Shown here: positions 40,497 through 51,206 of the stretch, in pieces
Layout of the letters: each line of letters begins with the position of its first letter
Numbering within the stretch: the stretch's first letter is position 1
Assembly: GCF_963921235.1 (NCBI RefSeq)
Contig: NC_086107.1
Location: 105,402,001-105,466,000 of the forward strand
Direction: 5' to 3'
DNA length: 64,000 bases
DNA from: Mobula hypostoma
Taxonomy: Eukaryota
The notes under the pieces: model-generated
The model's database searches: none
What the model was told of the DNA's origin: nothing
The model's input: the letters and a program-made list of their open reading frames with translations, nothing else
Position numbers and translations under genes: made by a program

Positions 40497-40820
40497 AGTA
40501 CTGAGGGAGTATCTCACTGTTGGAGGGACGGTACTGAGGGAGTATCACACTGTCGGAGGGACGGTACTGAGGGAGTGTCTCACTGTCGGAGGGACGGTAC
40601 TGAGGGAGTGTCTCACTGTCAGAGGGACAGTACTGAGGGAGTGTCTCACTGTCAGAGGGACGGTACCGAGGGAGCACCTCACTGTCGGAGGGACGGTACC
40701 GAGGGAGCGCCGCACTGTCGGAGGGACGGTACCAAGGGAGCGCCGCACTGTTGCAGGGACGGTACCGAGGGAGCGCCGCACTGTCGGAGGGACAGTACCG
40801 AGGGAGTGTCTCAATGTCAG
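40497..40820. repeat. 33-bp minisatellite, ~10 units
   Basis: Unit GTAC(T/C)GAGGGAGYGYCKCACTGTCGGAGGGACG; gives 11-aa periodic spurious ORFs. Confidence 0.95.
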
Positions 40821-41160
40821 ATGTGAGATGCTTTTTATCTTTTCTGAGGAAGGGTTCCTCAGACCAAATCATTAACCAATTTCTCTATCCACAGAAGCTG
40901 CTTGAATGGCTGAGCTCTTCAGCATTCTTGTCTTTGTTACCAGCTTTTGTTTGCTTGTGGACGTTTACCGCTCTAGGCAAGAGGAAACAGGGATCTCTCG
41001 ACCTTTCATGGCCCCTCCTGTTCAGCTTTGTCTGCAGTGTAAACACAGTATATTCAGATTGTAACAGATCCTTTATGAAATCATCCTAACTGTTTTTCAT
41101 TGTGCTGGTCTCCTCCTGCTTATAATTGTCATTGAAGGAAACAGTGGCGGTCTCCTTCGG

Positions 41161-41250
41161 TATATAAAGTGTAAGGCGTGATCAGAAGGTGCAGAAGCAT
41201 ACAACCCACAGCCACCTTCCTCAGTCACAGAAGGGCAACAGAGTGTAAGT
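41161..41250 (+). promoter_or_regulatory. TATA box and non-coding first exon of the parvalbumin-like gene
   Basis: TATATAAAG at 41161-41169 in repeat-free sequence, followed ~80 nt later by a consensus donor |GTAAGT at 41245; lies about 1 kb upstream of the ATG exon. Confidence 0.65.
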
Positions 41251-41920
41251 ACTGTTTTTAACTGATCTGAAACATACCATCGTACTGTTTTATTGTTTGC
41301 ATGGAAGAGTTGTCATTGGAATTATTAAGAATAGAATCCAGTGTGAACTTTCTGCGGAGCAGGAGCTGATTAAATGCTCAGAGAGTTTTGACTTCAATTG
41401 TCCCGGAGAGATAAAGTTGCCCAGAACTATGGAGATGCTCCCTGCGATGTTTTATAGAGGCTGGAGGTTTGAGCCAATGGTGAGATAGGAAGGAAAATGC
41501 ACTTCACACAGGAGGGGTTAAACCAGCCGCAGACCCGAAGTGTTGACTGCTTCTCTTTCCACAGATGCTGCCTGACTTGCTGAGGGTCTCCCACATTTTC
41601 TGTTTTCGTTTCAGGCTTCGAGTGTTGATTTTTAATAAAGCAGCAGTGTATGGAACAGAGAGATCTTTGTGGGGAGAGTTAATGACCAATTGTCAGGAGC
41701 TCAGAGGAATTCATTTAGTGAATAAAGCAACATAAATAAACACAAGAGATTCTGCAGACGCTGGAAATCCAGAGTAACATGCACAAAATGCTGGTGGAAC
41801 TCAGCAGGAAAGGCAGCATCTTTGGAAATATATAAAGAGTTGGGGTTTTGGGACGAGACCCTTCACCAAAATTCTGGGGGAAGTCGGCAGGTCAGGCAGC
41901 ATCTATGGAGAGGAAGAAAC

Positions 41921-41957
41921 TGTCAACGTTTCAGGCCGAGACCCCTCATCAGGACTG
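41921..41957 (-). ncRNA. Minimal hammerhead ribozyme motif (Penelope pLTR) in parvalbumin intron 1
   Basis: Minus strand reads CAGTC-CTGATGA-GGGGTCTCGGCCT-GAAAC-GTT-GACA. Confidence 0.65.
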
Positions 41958-42235
41958 ACCTTCTGAGTTCCTCCAGCACTTTCTGAGACAAAATGCATGC
42001 TGAAGCTTAACAAAAAGTCTGCCGGGGGTACTCAGCAGGTCGAGCGGCACCTGTGGAGGTAAGCGAGTTGTCGACGTTTCGGGTTCGGCTTCCGCAGACG
42101 CTGCCCAGCCCACTGAGTGCCTCCAGCAGGTTGAGCACTGCTCCGGATTCCCGCAGACTGCAATCTCCCGTGCCACCGCCATACATGACAAAACTTATTC
42201 CAGATACACTGAGTCTGCTCACTTCCCATTACCAG

Positions 42236-42303
42236 GTTTACGATGAGCATCACCGATTTCCCCGTCGCTGGAGATGTCGCAGCGGAAATCTCCCTCTTCT
42301 CCC
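42236..42303 (+). pseudogene. pvalb: Parvalbumin-like exon 2 (ATG exon), 3' end degenerate
   Basis: Acceptor ttaccag| then 7 nt of UTR, then ATG AGC ATC ACC GAT TTC (MSITDFPVAGDVAAEISLFS), resembling the oncomodulin N-terminus MSITD..A.D.AA. There is no GT after coding nt 61. Confidence 0.65.
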
Positions 42304-42537
42304 TCCTCCGTTGTTGCTGTCCTTTTCTTTCATGGGGTTCCGGCGTCATCTGAAGTCTGCGTAACCTGGGGTCACTAATCCGAAGTCGTGCATCGCTTCA
42401 ATGCGCTCCCTTGGATCTGGGAGCACAGCACACGAGCAGTCCATTGAAACCTTCTGCAACGTACTAATCCCAGTCCGAACACTGTGCGGTTGGGCTTTCG
42501 TCTGGTAGATTCATGATCAGCATTTAAATGTATTATG

Positions 42538-43112
42538 CACTCAGTGGCCACTTTATTAGGTACACCTGCTCGTTAATGCAAATAGCTAATCAGCCAATCA
42601 GGTGGCAGCAACTCAATGCGTAAAAGCCCGCAGACATGGCCAAGAGGTTCAGTTGTTGTTCAGACTAGACATCAGAATGGGGAAGAAGTGTGATCTAAGT
42701 GACTTTGACTGTGGAATGATTGTTGGTGCCAGATGGGGTGGTTTGAGTATCTCAGAAACTGCTGATCTCCTGGGATTTTCACGCACAACAGTCTCTAGAG
42801 TTTAAAGAGAATGGTGAGAAAAACCAAAAAAAAATCTAGTGATTGGCAGCTCTGTGCCTTTTACCTGTGAAAATGCCAAGTTAATAAGAGAGGTCAGAGG
42901 AGAATTGTCTGACTGGTTCAAGCTGTCAGCAAAGTGACAGTAACTCAAATAGCCACACGTTACAACAGTGGTGTGCTGAAGAGCATCTCTGAACACACAA
43001 CGTGTCAGTCATTGAAGTAGATGGGCTACAGCAGCAGAAGACCATGAACGCACACTCAGTGGCCATTTTATATAGGGACAGGAGTTACCTAATAAAGTGG
43101 CCACTGAGTGTA
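42538..43112 (+). mobile_element. Non-autonomous Tc1-like transposon, most complete copy
   Basis: TIRs CACTCAGTGGCCACTTTATTAGGTA / TACCTAATAAAGTGGCCACTGAGTG followed by TA; transposase N-terminal HTH remnant MGKKCDLSDFDCGMIVGARWGGLSISETADLLGFSRTTVSRV. Confidence 0.88.
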
Positions 43113-43899
43113 TGTAGTAACATTATCTCTTTTTATCCAGCACTCCACACCTTGCTCTGTGTATTAGCTTCTTAAAGGTGAGCCTTATTTATTTATTAAT
43201 CACATGCACATCGGTACCTAGAGTGAAATGTGTCGCTTTGAATCAACTCAGTGAAGATTGCGCAGGGCAGGCCGCAAGTTGAGAGTTCTGGGCGCACTAA
43301 GCTGGCACCACACACCTGGTGCCAACCTAGCCTGTCCACGGCTCACTAACCCTAACTGCACGTCTTTGGACTGTGGGAGCGCCTCGAGGAAACCCACGCG
43401 GTCACGGGGAGGAGGTACAAACTCCTTACAGACGCTGGTGGGAATCGAACCCCGATCTTACAGCTCCAAAGCGTTGCGCTAACTGCTATTGTGCTGCCCA
43501 CTGAAGAATTCCTCTTGGTGTTTATTTCTTCTGACACTGAAGGAGGCCATCGAAGTTGGTAAACTGTTCTTCTCGTCTTGAGCCCTCAGCTCCTCAGTGG
43601 AGCCAAGGCCATCGATGACCTCGCATCTCCATCGACCTCGGAAGTCGATGGTGTGGTTGGAGTTCATCAACACTCCGGCAATCCACTGTACGGGGGATCG
43701 GCCTGTATAGCTGCACTCGAACCCTGTTGACTGACCTTACCTGTTTCCAGCTCTCATGATGGAGATGTAGGGTTGGACTTTGAGAGGCCAGTCAATGGGT
43801 AAATGGGTTTATTATTGTCACAAGATTCAGAGAACAAAATTGTTTTATTACATCAGTACCTCGAGGTAGTGCAAGGAAAAAATACCAACATAATGCAGA

Positions 43900-46210
43900 A
43901 TAAAGATGAAATATGATGGTAAGCAAACCAAAAATCTTGAAGAGGATACCAAAAGTTATTTTAGATATATAAAGAGTAAAAGAGGCAAGAATGGATATTG
44001 GATGTCACTGGAGAGGTAGTAATGGGGGATGAGAATAAATGACAAATAAGTATATTGCATCAGTCTTCACTGCGGAAGACACCAGCAGTACTCTAGAAAT
44101 TCAAGAGGGTCGAGAGGCAGGGTGAGTGTAGTTGCTATTACTAAGGAGAAAAGTTCTTCAGAAGCTGAAAGGTCTGAAGGTAGATGGACTACACCCCAGG
44201 GTTCTGAAAGAGGTAGCTGATGAGATTGTGGAGGCATTAGTAATGATCTTTCAAGAATCACAAGATTCTGGAATGGTTCCGGAGAACTGGAGAATTACAA
44301 ATTTCACTCCACTCTCAGAAGGGAGGGAGGCAGAAGAAAGTAAATTATAGGCCAGTTAGCCTGATTTCAGTGGTTGGGAAAATGTTGGAATCCGTTTTTA
44401 AGGATGAGGTTTTGTGTTACTTGGAGGGGCATCGTAAAGTAGCCCAAAGTCAGCATAAACACGAGGAATTGTGTTTCTGACGAAGGGTCTTGGCCCGAAA
44501 CGTCGACTGTACCTCTTCCTAGAGATGCTGCCTGGCCTGCTGCATTCACCAGCAACTTTAATGTGTGTTGCCCAAAGTCAGCATAGTTTCCTTAAGGGGA
44601 AATCTTCCCTGACAAATCTGTTGGAATTCTTAGAGGAAATAACAGGCAGGATAGACAAAGGAGAGTGGATGTTGTGTACTTGGATTTTCAGAAGGCCTTT
44701 GACAAGCTGCCACACATGAGGCTGCTTAACAAGATAAGAGCTCATGGTATTACAAGAAAGATACTAGCATAGACCTGAAGATTGGCTGATTGGCAGGAGG
44801 TGAAGAGTCGGAATAAAGGGGACTTATTCTTGTTGGTGTTCTGCATGGGTCGGTATTGGGACTGCTTCTTTTTACATTATATGTCAATGATTTGGATGAC
44901 GGAATTGATGGGTTTGTGGCCAAGTTTGTAGACAATATAAAGATAGGTGGAGGGCAGGTATTGTTGAGGAAGCAGAAAGACTTGGACATATTGGGAGAAT
45001 GGGCAAACAAGTGGCAGTTGGAATATAGTATAGGGAAATGTATGGTCATGCACTTTGATAGAAGGAGTAAAGGCATAAACTAATTTCTAAACGGGGAGAA
45101 AATTAAAAAATCAGAGGTGCAAAGGGACTTGGGAGTTCTTGTGCAGGATTCTCTAAAGTTTAACTTGCAGGTTGAGTCAGTGATGAGGAAGGCAAATACT
45201 TATACTTTATTGTCACCAAACAATTGATACTAGAACGTACAATCATCGCAGCGATATTTGATTCTGCGCTTTCCGCTCCCTGGATTATAAATATTAAAAA
45301 TAGTAAAAATTAGTAAATATTAAAAATTTTAATTATAAATCATAAATAGAAAATAGAAAAATGAGAAGTAAGGTAGTGCAAAAAACCGAGAGGCAGGTCC
45401 GGATATTTGGAGGGTACAGCCCAGATCCGGGTCAGGATCTGTTCAGCAGTCTTATCACAGTCGGAAAGAAGCTGTTCCCAAATCTGGCCGTACAAGCCTT
45501 CAAGCTCCTGAGCCTTCTCCCGGAGGGAAGAGGGACGAAAAGTGTGCTAGCTGGGTGGGTGGTGTCCTTGATGCAAATGCAATGTTTGCAAAATTTTCGA
45601 GAGGACTAGAATCTAAGAGCAAGGATGTGATGCTGAGGCTGTAAGGCACTGGTCAGACCTCACCTGGAGTATTGTGAGCAGTTTCGTGTCCCTACTGGCA
45701 TTGGAGAGAGTCCAGGGGAGGTACATGAGAATGATTCTGGGAATGAGAAGGCTAGCATATGAAGAGCATTTGATGGCTCCGGGTCTGTAATCACTGGAGT
45801 TTAGAAGAATTGGGGGGAGGATCGCATTGAGACCTATCGAATATTGAAAGGCCTAGACAGTGGATGTGGAGATGATGTTTCCATTAGTGGGTGAGTCTAG
45901 GACCAAGGGCCCACAACCTCAGGAATGAGAGATGTCCATTTAGAACAGAGATGAGGAGGAATCGCTTTAGCCAGAGGGTGGTTAATCTGTGGAATTCATT
46001 GCCACGAACAGCCATGGAGGCCAGGACATTGAGTAATTCAAAGCAGAGGTTGATTGGTTCTTGGTTAGTGAGGGCATCAAAGATTACATGTAGAAGACAG
46101 GAGAATGGGGTTGAGAGGGATAATAAGTCAGTCATGATGGAATGTTGGAGCAGACTCGATGGGCCGAGTGGCCTAATTCTGCTCTTATGACTTACGGTTT
46201 TATGGTCTAA
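43900..46210 (+). mobile_element. Degraded CR1 ORF2 in parvalbumin intron 2, interrupted by Penelope (44458-44569) and Rex/Babar (~45198-45570) insertions
   Basis: Fragments DGLHPRVLKE, QHSFLKGKSSLTNLLEF, LFTLYVNDLDDG..KFVD and FSQRVVNLWNSLP, plus a CR1 3' tail. Confidence 0.88.
44473..44509 (+). ncRNA. Minimal hammerhead ribozyme motif in a short TSD-flanked insertion
   Basis: GTTT-CTGACGA-A-GGGTCTTGGCCC-GAAAC-GTC-GACTG; core intact, stem I weakened. Confidence 0.65.
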
Positions 46211-46766
46211 AGTTCTACGGTTAAGGAGCAGGTAGATTGTGAAGCCAAGACTCCATTTTATTGTACAAGGGGATCATTCAATAGTTTGATAACGTGGATC
46301 CGAAGCTGACCTTGAGCCTGGTGGTTTGTCCTTTCAGGCTTTTGCCCGATGGGAGGGGAAGAATATAGAATGTCCAGAGTGGGAGGGGCCCTTGATGCCA
46401 GCTCCCAGCAGGACAATCCCATCTCCCATCCATCCCCTTGCCCATTTCCTTATTTTCTGTAGCTCTGCAACTCATTCCATCTCTCATTGACCCAGCCATT
46501 CTCCTTGCGTTGATTTTGTTCTTCACATATATTAAGGCGGGTCTGTTTTAACTACCACTGCATTTTGGGGATGCGGGAGGAAGCCAGGACATCCAACTGG
46601 TCCCAGTGAGAGCATGCAAACTCCAGAGAAACAGCAAAGGAGTTTGGGATCCAACGAGGATCCCTGGAGTTCTGAGGCATTACCCAATGCACCTCCAGTT
46701 CCAAACTCTGAGCAACTCAAAACTTTCCTCCAATGCACTTCCGTTAATGGCTTTGCCCTCTTCCAG

Positions 46767-46899
46767 ATCCGGGCTCCTTCCACTTCAAGAAATTTTCTGA
46801 AACTTCCGGTCTCGCCAAGAAATCTCCTGAAGAGATCACGAAAATGTTCACCATTCTCGACGACGATCGAAGTGGTTTCATAGAGAAGAGAGAGCTCAG
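46767..46899 (+). CDS. pvalb: Parvalbumin-like exon 3 (AB domain and CD EF-hand loop)
   Basis: ttccag|AT...AG|gtaggc, 133 nt, phase 1 to 2. Translates (D)[43 protein letters not shown](R), with a canonical CD loop DxDxSGFIExxE. Confidence 0.93.
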
Positions 46900-47034
46900 G
46901 TAGGCAACTCTTAGTTTTCCCTTAAGCACTGACATGAAATCACAAGAGTTGAGAGCACTGAAGAGTGGAAGGGGGGAGTATCATGGAAATCACGTGAGGT
47001 CATGGATAGTGCTCGGGATGTACAAGAACGCACA

Positions 47035-48170
47035 AAGTGCAGAAGAGGTTCACCAGGATGTTGCCTGGATTGGAGAGTATTAACTATGAGGAGAAGCTCA
47101 AAAGTCAAGAGGTTGTGTTGCAACTTTATAAAACTCTGATTAGGCCACACTTGGAGTATTACATACAGTTCTGGTCGCCTCACTACAGGAAGGATGTTGA
47201 GGCTTTGGAGAGGGTGCAGAAGAGGTTTAGCAGGATGCTGCCTGGTTTAGAGGGTATGTGCTATTATGAGAGGCTGGATAAACTTAGGTTGTTTTCTCTG
47301 GAGCAGTGGTGGCAGAGGGGAGATCTAATAGAGGTTTATAAGATTATGAGAGGCAGCGATAGAGTAGACAGGGAGTATCTGTTTCCCAGGGTAGAGATGT
47401 CTAATACCAGAGGGCATGCATTGAAGGTGAGAGGGGTAGGTTCAAAGGGGATGTGAGGGGTAAGTTTTTTACTCAGAGAGTGGTGGATGCCTGGAATGTG
47501 CTGCCTGGTATGGTGGAAGAGGCAAATACATTAGAGGCTTTTAAGAGACTTTTGGATAGACACATGGATGTAAGGAAGATGGAGGGATATGGACATGGTG
47601 TAGGTAGGAGGGATTAGTGTTTGTGGGCATTTTCGATTTGATTTTTAGCTGGTTCAGCACAACATTTGTGGGCCAAATGACCTGTGTTCCTGTGCTGTAC
47701 TGTTGTAAGTTGGACAGACTTAAAGGCAGAAGGGGTGACCTGATAGATCTATTTATAATTATGAGAGCTATGGAGTGGGTAGATAGTGTTTTTGTTACAG
47801 ATGAAATTGTCAATCAGTAGGACGCCTTTAAGCTGTAAAGGATGCAAGAAAGATTGATGGGATTTTGGAGGACTTAAGTTATAAGGGGAGGCTGGATAGG
47901 CTGGGACATCTCTCATTGGAATATAGGAGCCTAAGAGATATAGAAAACCATGAGGGACATGGATAAGATGGATGTCCACAATCTTTTGTCCAGAGTAGGA
48001 AGGTATAAATGTATAGATTTAAGGTAAGAGGGTAAGTCTTAAAAGGGACCAGAGGAGAAACATTTTCACACGGCAGATGATGGAAAGAAGGAACAAATTG
48101 CTGGAGACAGGTTGAAAAGCCATTTATATAGGTTAATGGATAGAAATGTGTTGGAGGGATATGGGCCTCA
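47035..48170 (+). mobile_element. Stacked CR1 3' fragments in parvalbumin intron 3
   Basis: ORF 47037-47456 (LIRPHLEYYIQFWSPH..RGDLIEVYKIM) followed by further degenerate copies. Confidence 0.85.
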
Positions 48171-49223
48171 AGAATCAGAATCAGGTTTAATAGCACTGGC
48201 ATATGTCATGTAATTTGTTACCTTTGTGGCAGCAATACATAACAATAGACAAAAACATGAATTACAGTAAGTATATATATTATTTATACTAAATAAGTTG
48301 TGCAAAAATAGAAACTTTAAACATAGTGAGGTTCAATCTCCATTCAGAAATTGGACGGCAGAGAGGAAGAAGCTGTACCTGGATCACTGAGTGTGTGCTT
48401 TTGTCGCAAGGCGTCTGTGGAGGCCTAGTCATTGGGTATATTTGAAGTGGAGGTTGATTGGTTCTTGATTAGTAAGAATGTCAACGGTTACAGGGAGAAG
48501 GCAGGAGAATGGGATTGAGGGAGAAAATAAATCAGCCATGATGGAACAGCAGAGCAAACTCGATGGAGCAAATGGCCTCGTGACCTGTACCAACTAGTGG
48601 AGTGGTGTCGCAGCAACAACCTGGCACTCAATGTCAGTAAGATTAAAGAGCTGATTGTGGACTTCAGGGAGGATGAGATGAAAGAACATGTATCAATCCT
48701 CACAGGAGGATCAGAAGTGGAGAGAGTGAGCAGATTCAAGTTCCTAGGTGTCAAGATCTCTGAGGATCTAACCTGGTCCCAACATATTGATGCAGCTATA
48801 AAGAAAGCAAGACAGCGGCTATACTTCATTTGGAGTTTGAAGAGATTTGGTATGTCAACAAGTACACGCAAAAACTTCTATAGATGTACCATGGAGAGCA
48901 TTCTGACAGGCTGCATCACTGTCTGGTATGGAGGGACTACTGCACAGGACCGAAAGAAGCTGCAGGGGGTTGTAAATTTAATTGGCTCCATCTTGGGTAC
49001 GAGCCTACAAAGTATACAGGATATCTTCAAGGAGCAGTGTCTCAGAATGGCAGCATCCATTATTAAGGACCTCCAGCACCCAGGACATGCCCTTTTCTCA
49101 CTGTTACCATCAGGTAAGAGATACAGAAGCCTGAAGGCACACACTCAGCGATTCAGGAACAGCTCCTTCCCCTCTGCCATCCGATTCCTAAATGGACATT
49201 GAACCCATGAGCACTACCTCAAC

Positions 49224-49228
<5 letters not shown>

Positions 49229-49263
<35 letters not shown>
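49229..49263. repeat. (TA)n microsatellite
   Basis: Perfect TA run next to the MITE end. Confidence 0.95.
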
Positions 49264-49267
<4 letters not shown>

Positions 49268-49580
49268 GATTGATAAGTCTGTGGCCTAAGGTAGAAGGAG
49301 ATGGGTTATACAGGTCCCGTTACATGCACATGCAGGTCAACTCTTTGAGCGATTATGCAGAAAGTTTGAAGTTAATAACTCATCTCCTTCTACCTTAGGC
49401 CACGAACTTATCAATCACCCCTGCTGTGGACACTTTCTGGAGGTCCAGGATCCGTATGCTCCATGACCGCTGGACTAAGTGTGTACATGTAGGAGGGGAC
49501 TATGTTGAAAAATAAATGTGCTAGGTTTTCTAAAATTGACTCCTTCGACCTTAGGCCACAAACTTATCAATCACCCCTCG
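49263..49580 (+). mobile_element. Mariner-derived MITE, second copy, inserted beside (TA)n
   Basis: Same TIRs; encodes RWTKCVHVGGDYVEK*; flanked by a (TA)n tract on the left and TA on the right. Confidence 0.82.
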
Positions 49581-51002
49581 TATAAAAATTGATTTACTCA
49601 TTTATTTATTTTTACTTTTTTTCTTCTATGTTATGTATTGCATTTGACTGCTGCTACTAAGTTAACAAATTTCACGACACATGCTGGTGACAATAAACCT
49701 GATTCTGATTCGGATAATTCTGCTCCTACATCTTACGAAGATTCGTGAGACAAGTTTCTTTGCACAGAGAGTGTAGGTGCCCAGAATACCGCCAGGGAGA
49801 GTGGTGGAAGTGTTTAAGAGGCATTTTAATGGTCATGTAAACAGGCAGTGAATGGAGGGAAACAGATCACTTACAGGGAGATGGGATTAGTTAGACTGGC
49901 AGTAAGGTCAGCAAAGACATGATGGACTGAATGGCCTCTTCCTGTTCTGTGTTGTGTAATGATCAGGTTAGTATGTCATGGAAAAAGAAATGGGGAACGT
50001 TGTCCTCTATCACAGGCAGCTTGTAGTACAAGACTGAGAGCCTTGACACAATGCTACAGGATGTCAGTGAGTCCACCCCGGGCTAATGTCCACAAGTCTG
50101 TTCCGTACTTAGAGAGGAACAGCAGCTAAAGTTTATCGCAGTGACTCCTGCCATCCACAGTCAGGAGGATAGCATAAACATTGATATCTCAAACTTCTGG
50201 TAATTCACCTCCCCAACCCTTCACCATTTCCCCATTCCCGTTCCCCTCTCTCACCTTAACTCCTTACCTGCCCATCATCTCCCTCAAGTGCTCCTCCCCC
50301 TTCCCGTTCTTCCACAGTCCTACCCTCTCCTACCAGATTCCCCTTCTCCAGCCCTGTCTCTCTTTCATCAATCCATTTCCCATTTTCTTTACTTCACCCC
50401 CTCCCCGTCTCCCAGTTTCACCCACCACCTGCTGCCTTGTACGTCTTCCTCCCCTCCCCCCACCTTCTCACTTTGACCTCTTCCCTTCCTTTTCAGTCCC
50501 GATGAAGGGTCTCGGCCCGAACCGTCGACGGTTTACTCGTTCCCATAGATGCTGCCTGGCCTGCTGTGTTCCTCCAGCACTTTGTGTGCCTCGATAGTCA
50601 CGAGGGTGTTTGGTAGATGCAGAGGGTTATGCGAGTCAGCAAGGCAAGTGAAGTTTGGGGCAAAGGATCACAGCAGCCGCCATCTTGTTAACAGGCAGAG
50701 CAGGCTTGAGGGTTGAACAACTTACCACTCCTCCTGTGCTTTTGCGTGAGAACGCAGCACAGATACTGAACAGAGAGAAGAGGCTGGAAAGTTATGTGAG
50801 GGGCCAGTTTCATAACGGTTCCCGAAAAACTGTTATTCATGAAAAATGGAACTATAACCATTGACAGGATATCCAACCTTAAAGTCAGGCCCAAGACACA
50901 CATGCATGAACCATGTGCACACGTATGGTTGATCCACTATAGTGCTGTACATACATGTCCCCCTCTGTCCGGGTTTGCTGATAGACCCTCTTATGTTTGA
51001 AG

Positions 51003-51111
51003 GCTCTTCCTTCGGTGTTTCTGCCCGCAAGCCGGGAGCTGAGCGACGCTGAGACAGACAGCTTTGTCTCCGTTGGAGATGAAAATGGCGACGGCAGGAT
51101 TGATTGTGCTG
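51003..51111 (+). pseudogene. pvalb: Parvalbumin-like exon 4 (EF loop) with 1-nt deletion
   Basis: tttgaag|G...G|gtaagt, 109 nt instead of the usual 110. Reads LFLRCFCPQA in one frame and RELSDAETDSFVSVGDENGDGRIDCA in another; the unshifted frame hits TGA at 51040-51042. Confidence 0.9.
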
Positions 51112-51206
51112 GTAAGTTCTCAAGTATTTCTATTCACATTTATAATCCCGATTCACAGCCTGCATATAAATTACCGAAAGAATACTCGCCTTGGAAAGGG
51201 TGCAGA

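Larger units (their letters stand above)
48580..49710 (+). mobile_element. Rex1/Babar-type LINE 3' fragment (3' UTR interrupted by a mariner MITE)
   Basis: 201-aa ORF 48597-49202 (WCRSNNLALNVSKIKELIVDF..FKFLGV..RFRNSSFPSAIR). Related copies at ~5895-6580 (-), ~1390-1915 (+), ~13290-13620 (-) and ~45198-45570 (-). Confidence 0.85.

Noticed and set aside
40468..40872. Periodic ORFs and a possible CRISPR-like array
   Set aside because: Head-to-tail 33-bp tandem repeat without unique spacers, in a vertebrate context with no cas genes.
1..41000. Additional parvalbumin paralog exons on either strand
   Set aside because: I found no further SGFIE/GDGKI-type exon by eye; a TBLASTN with parvalbumins would be needed to exclude highly diverged ones.
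43500..43800. Small hairpin CCATCGAC..GTCGATGG and a minus-strand donor at ~43736
   Set aside because: The stem is short with no recognisable ncRNA or exon partner; probably an old repeat fragment.
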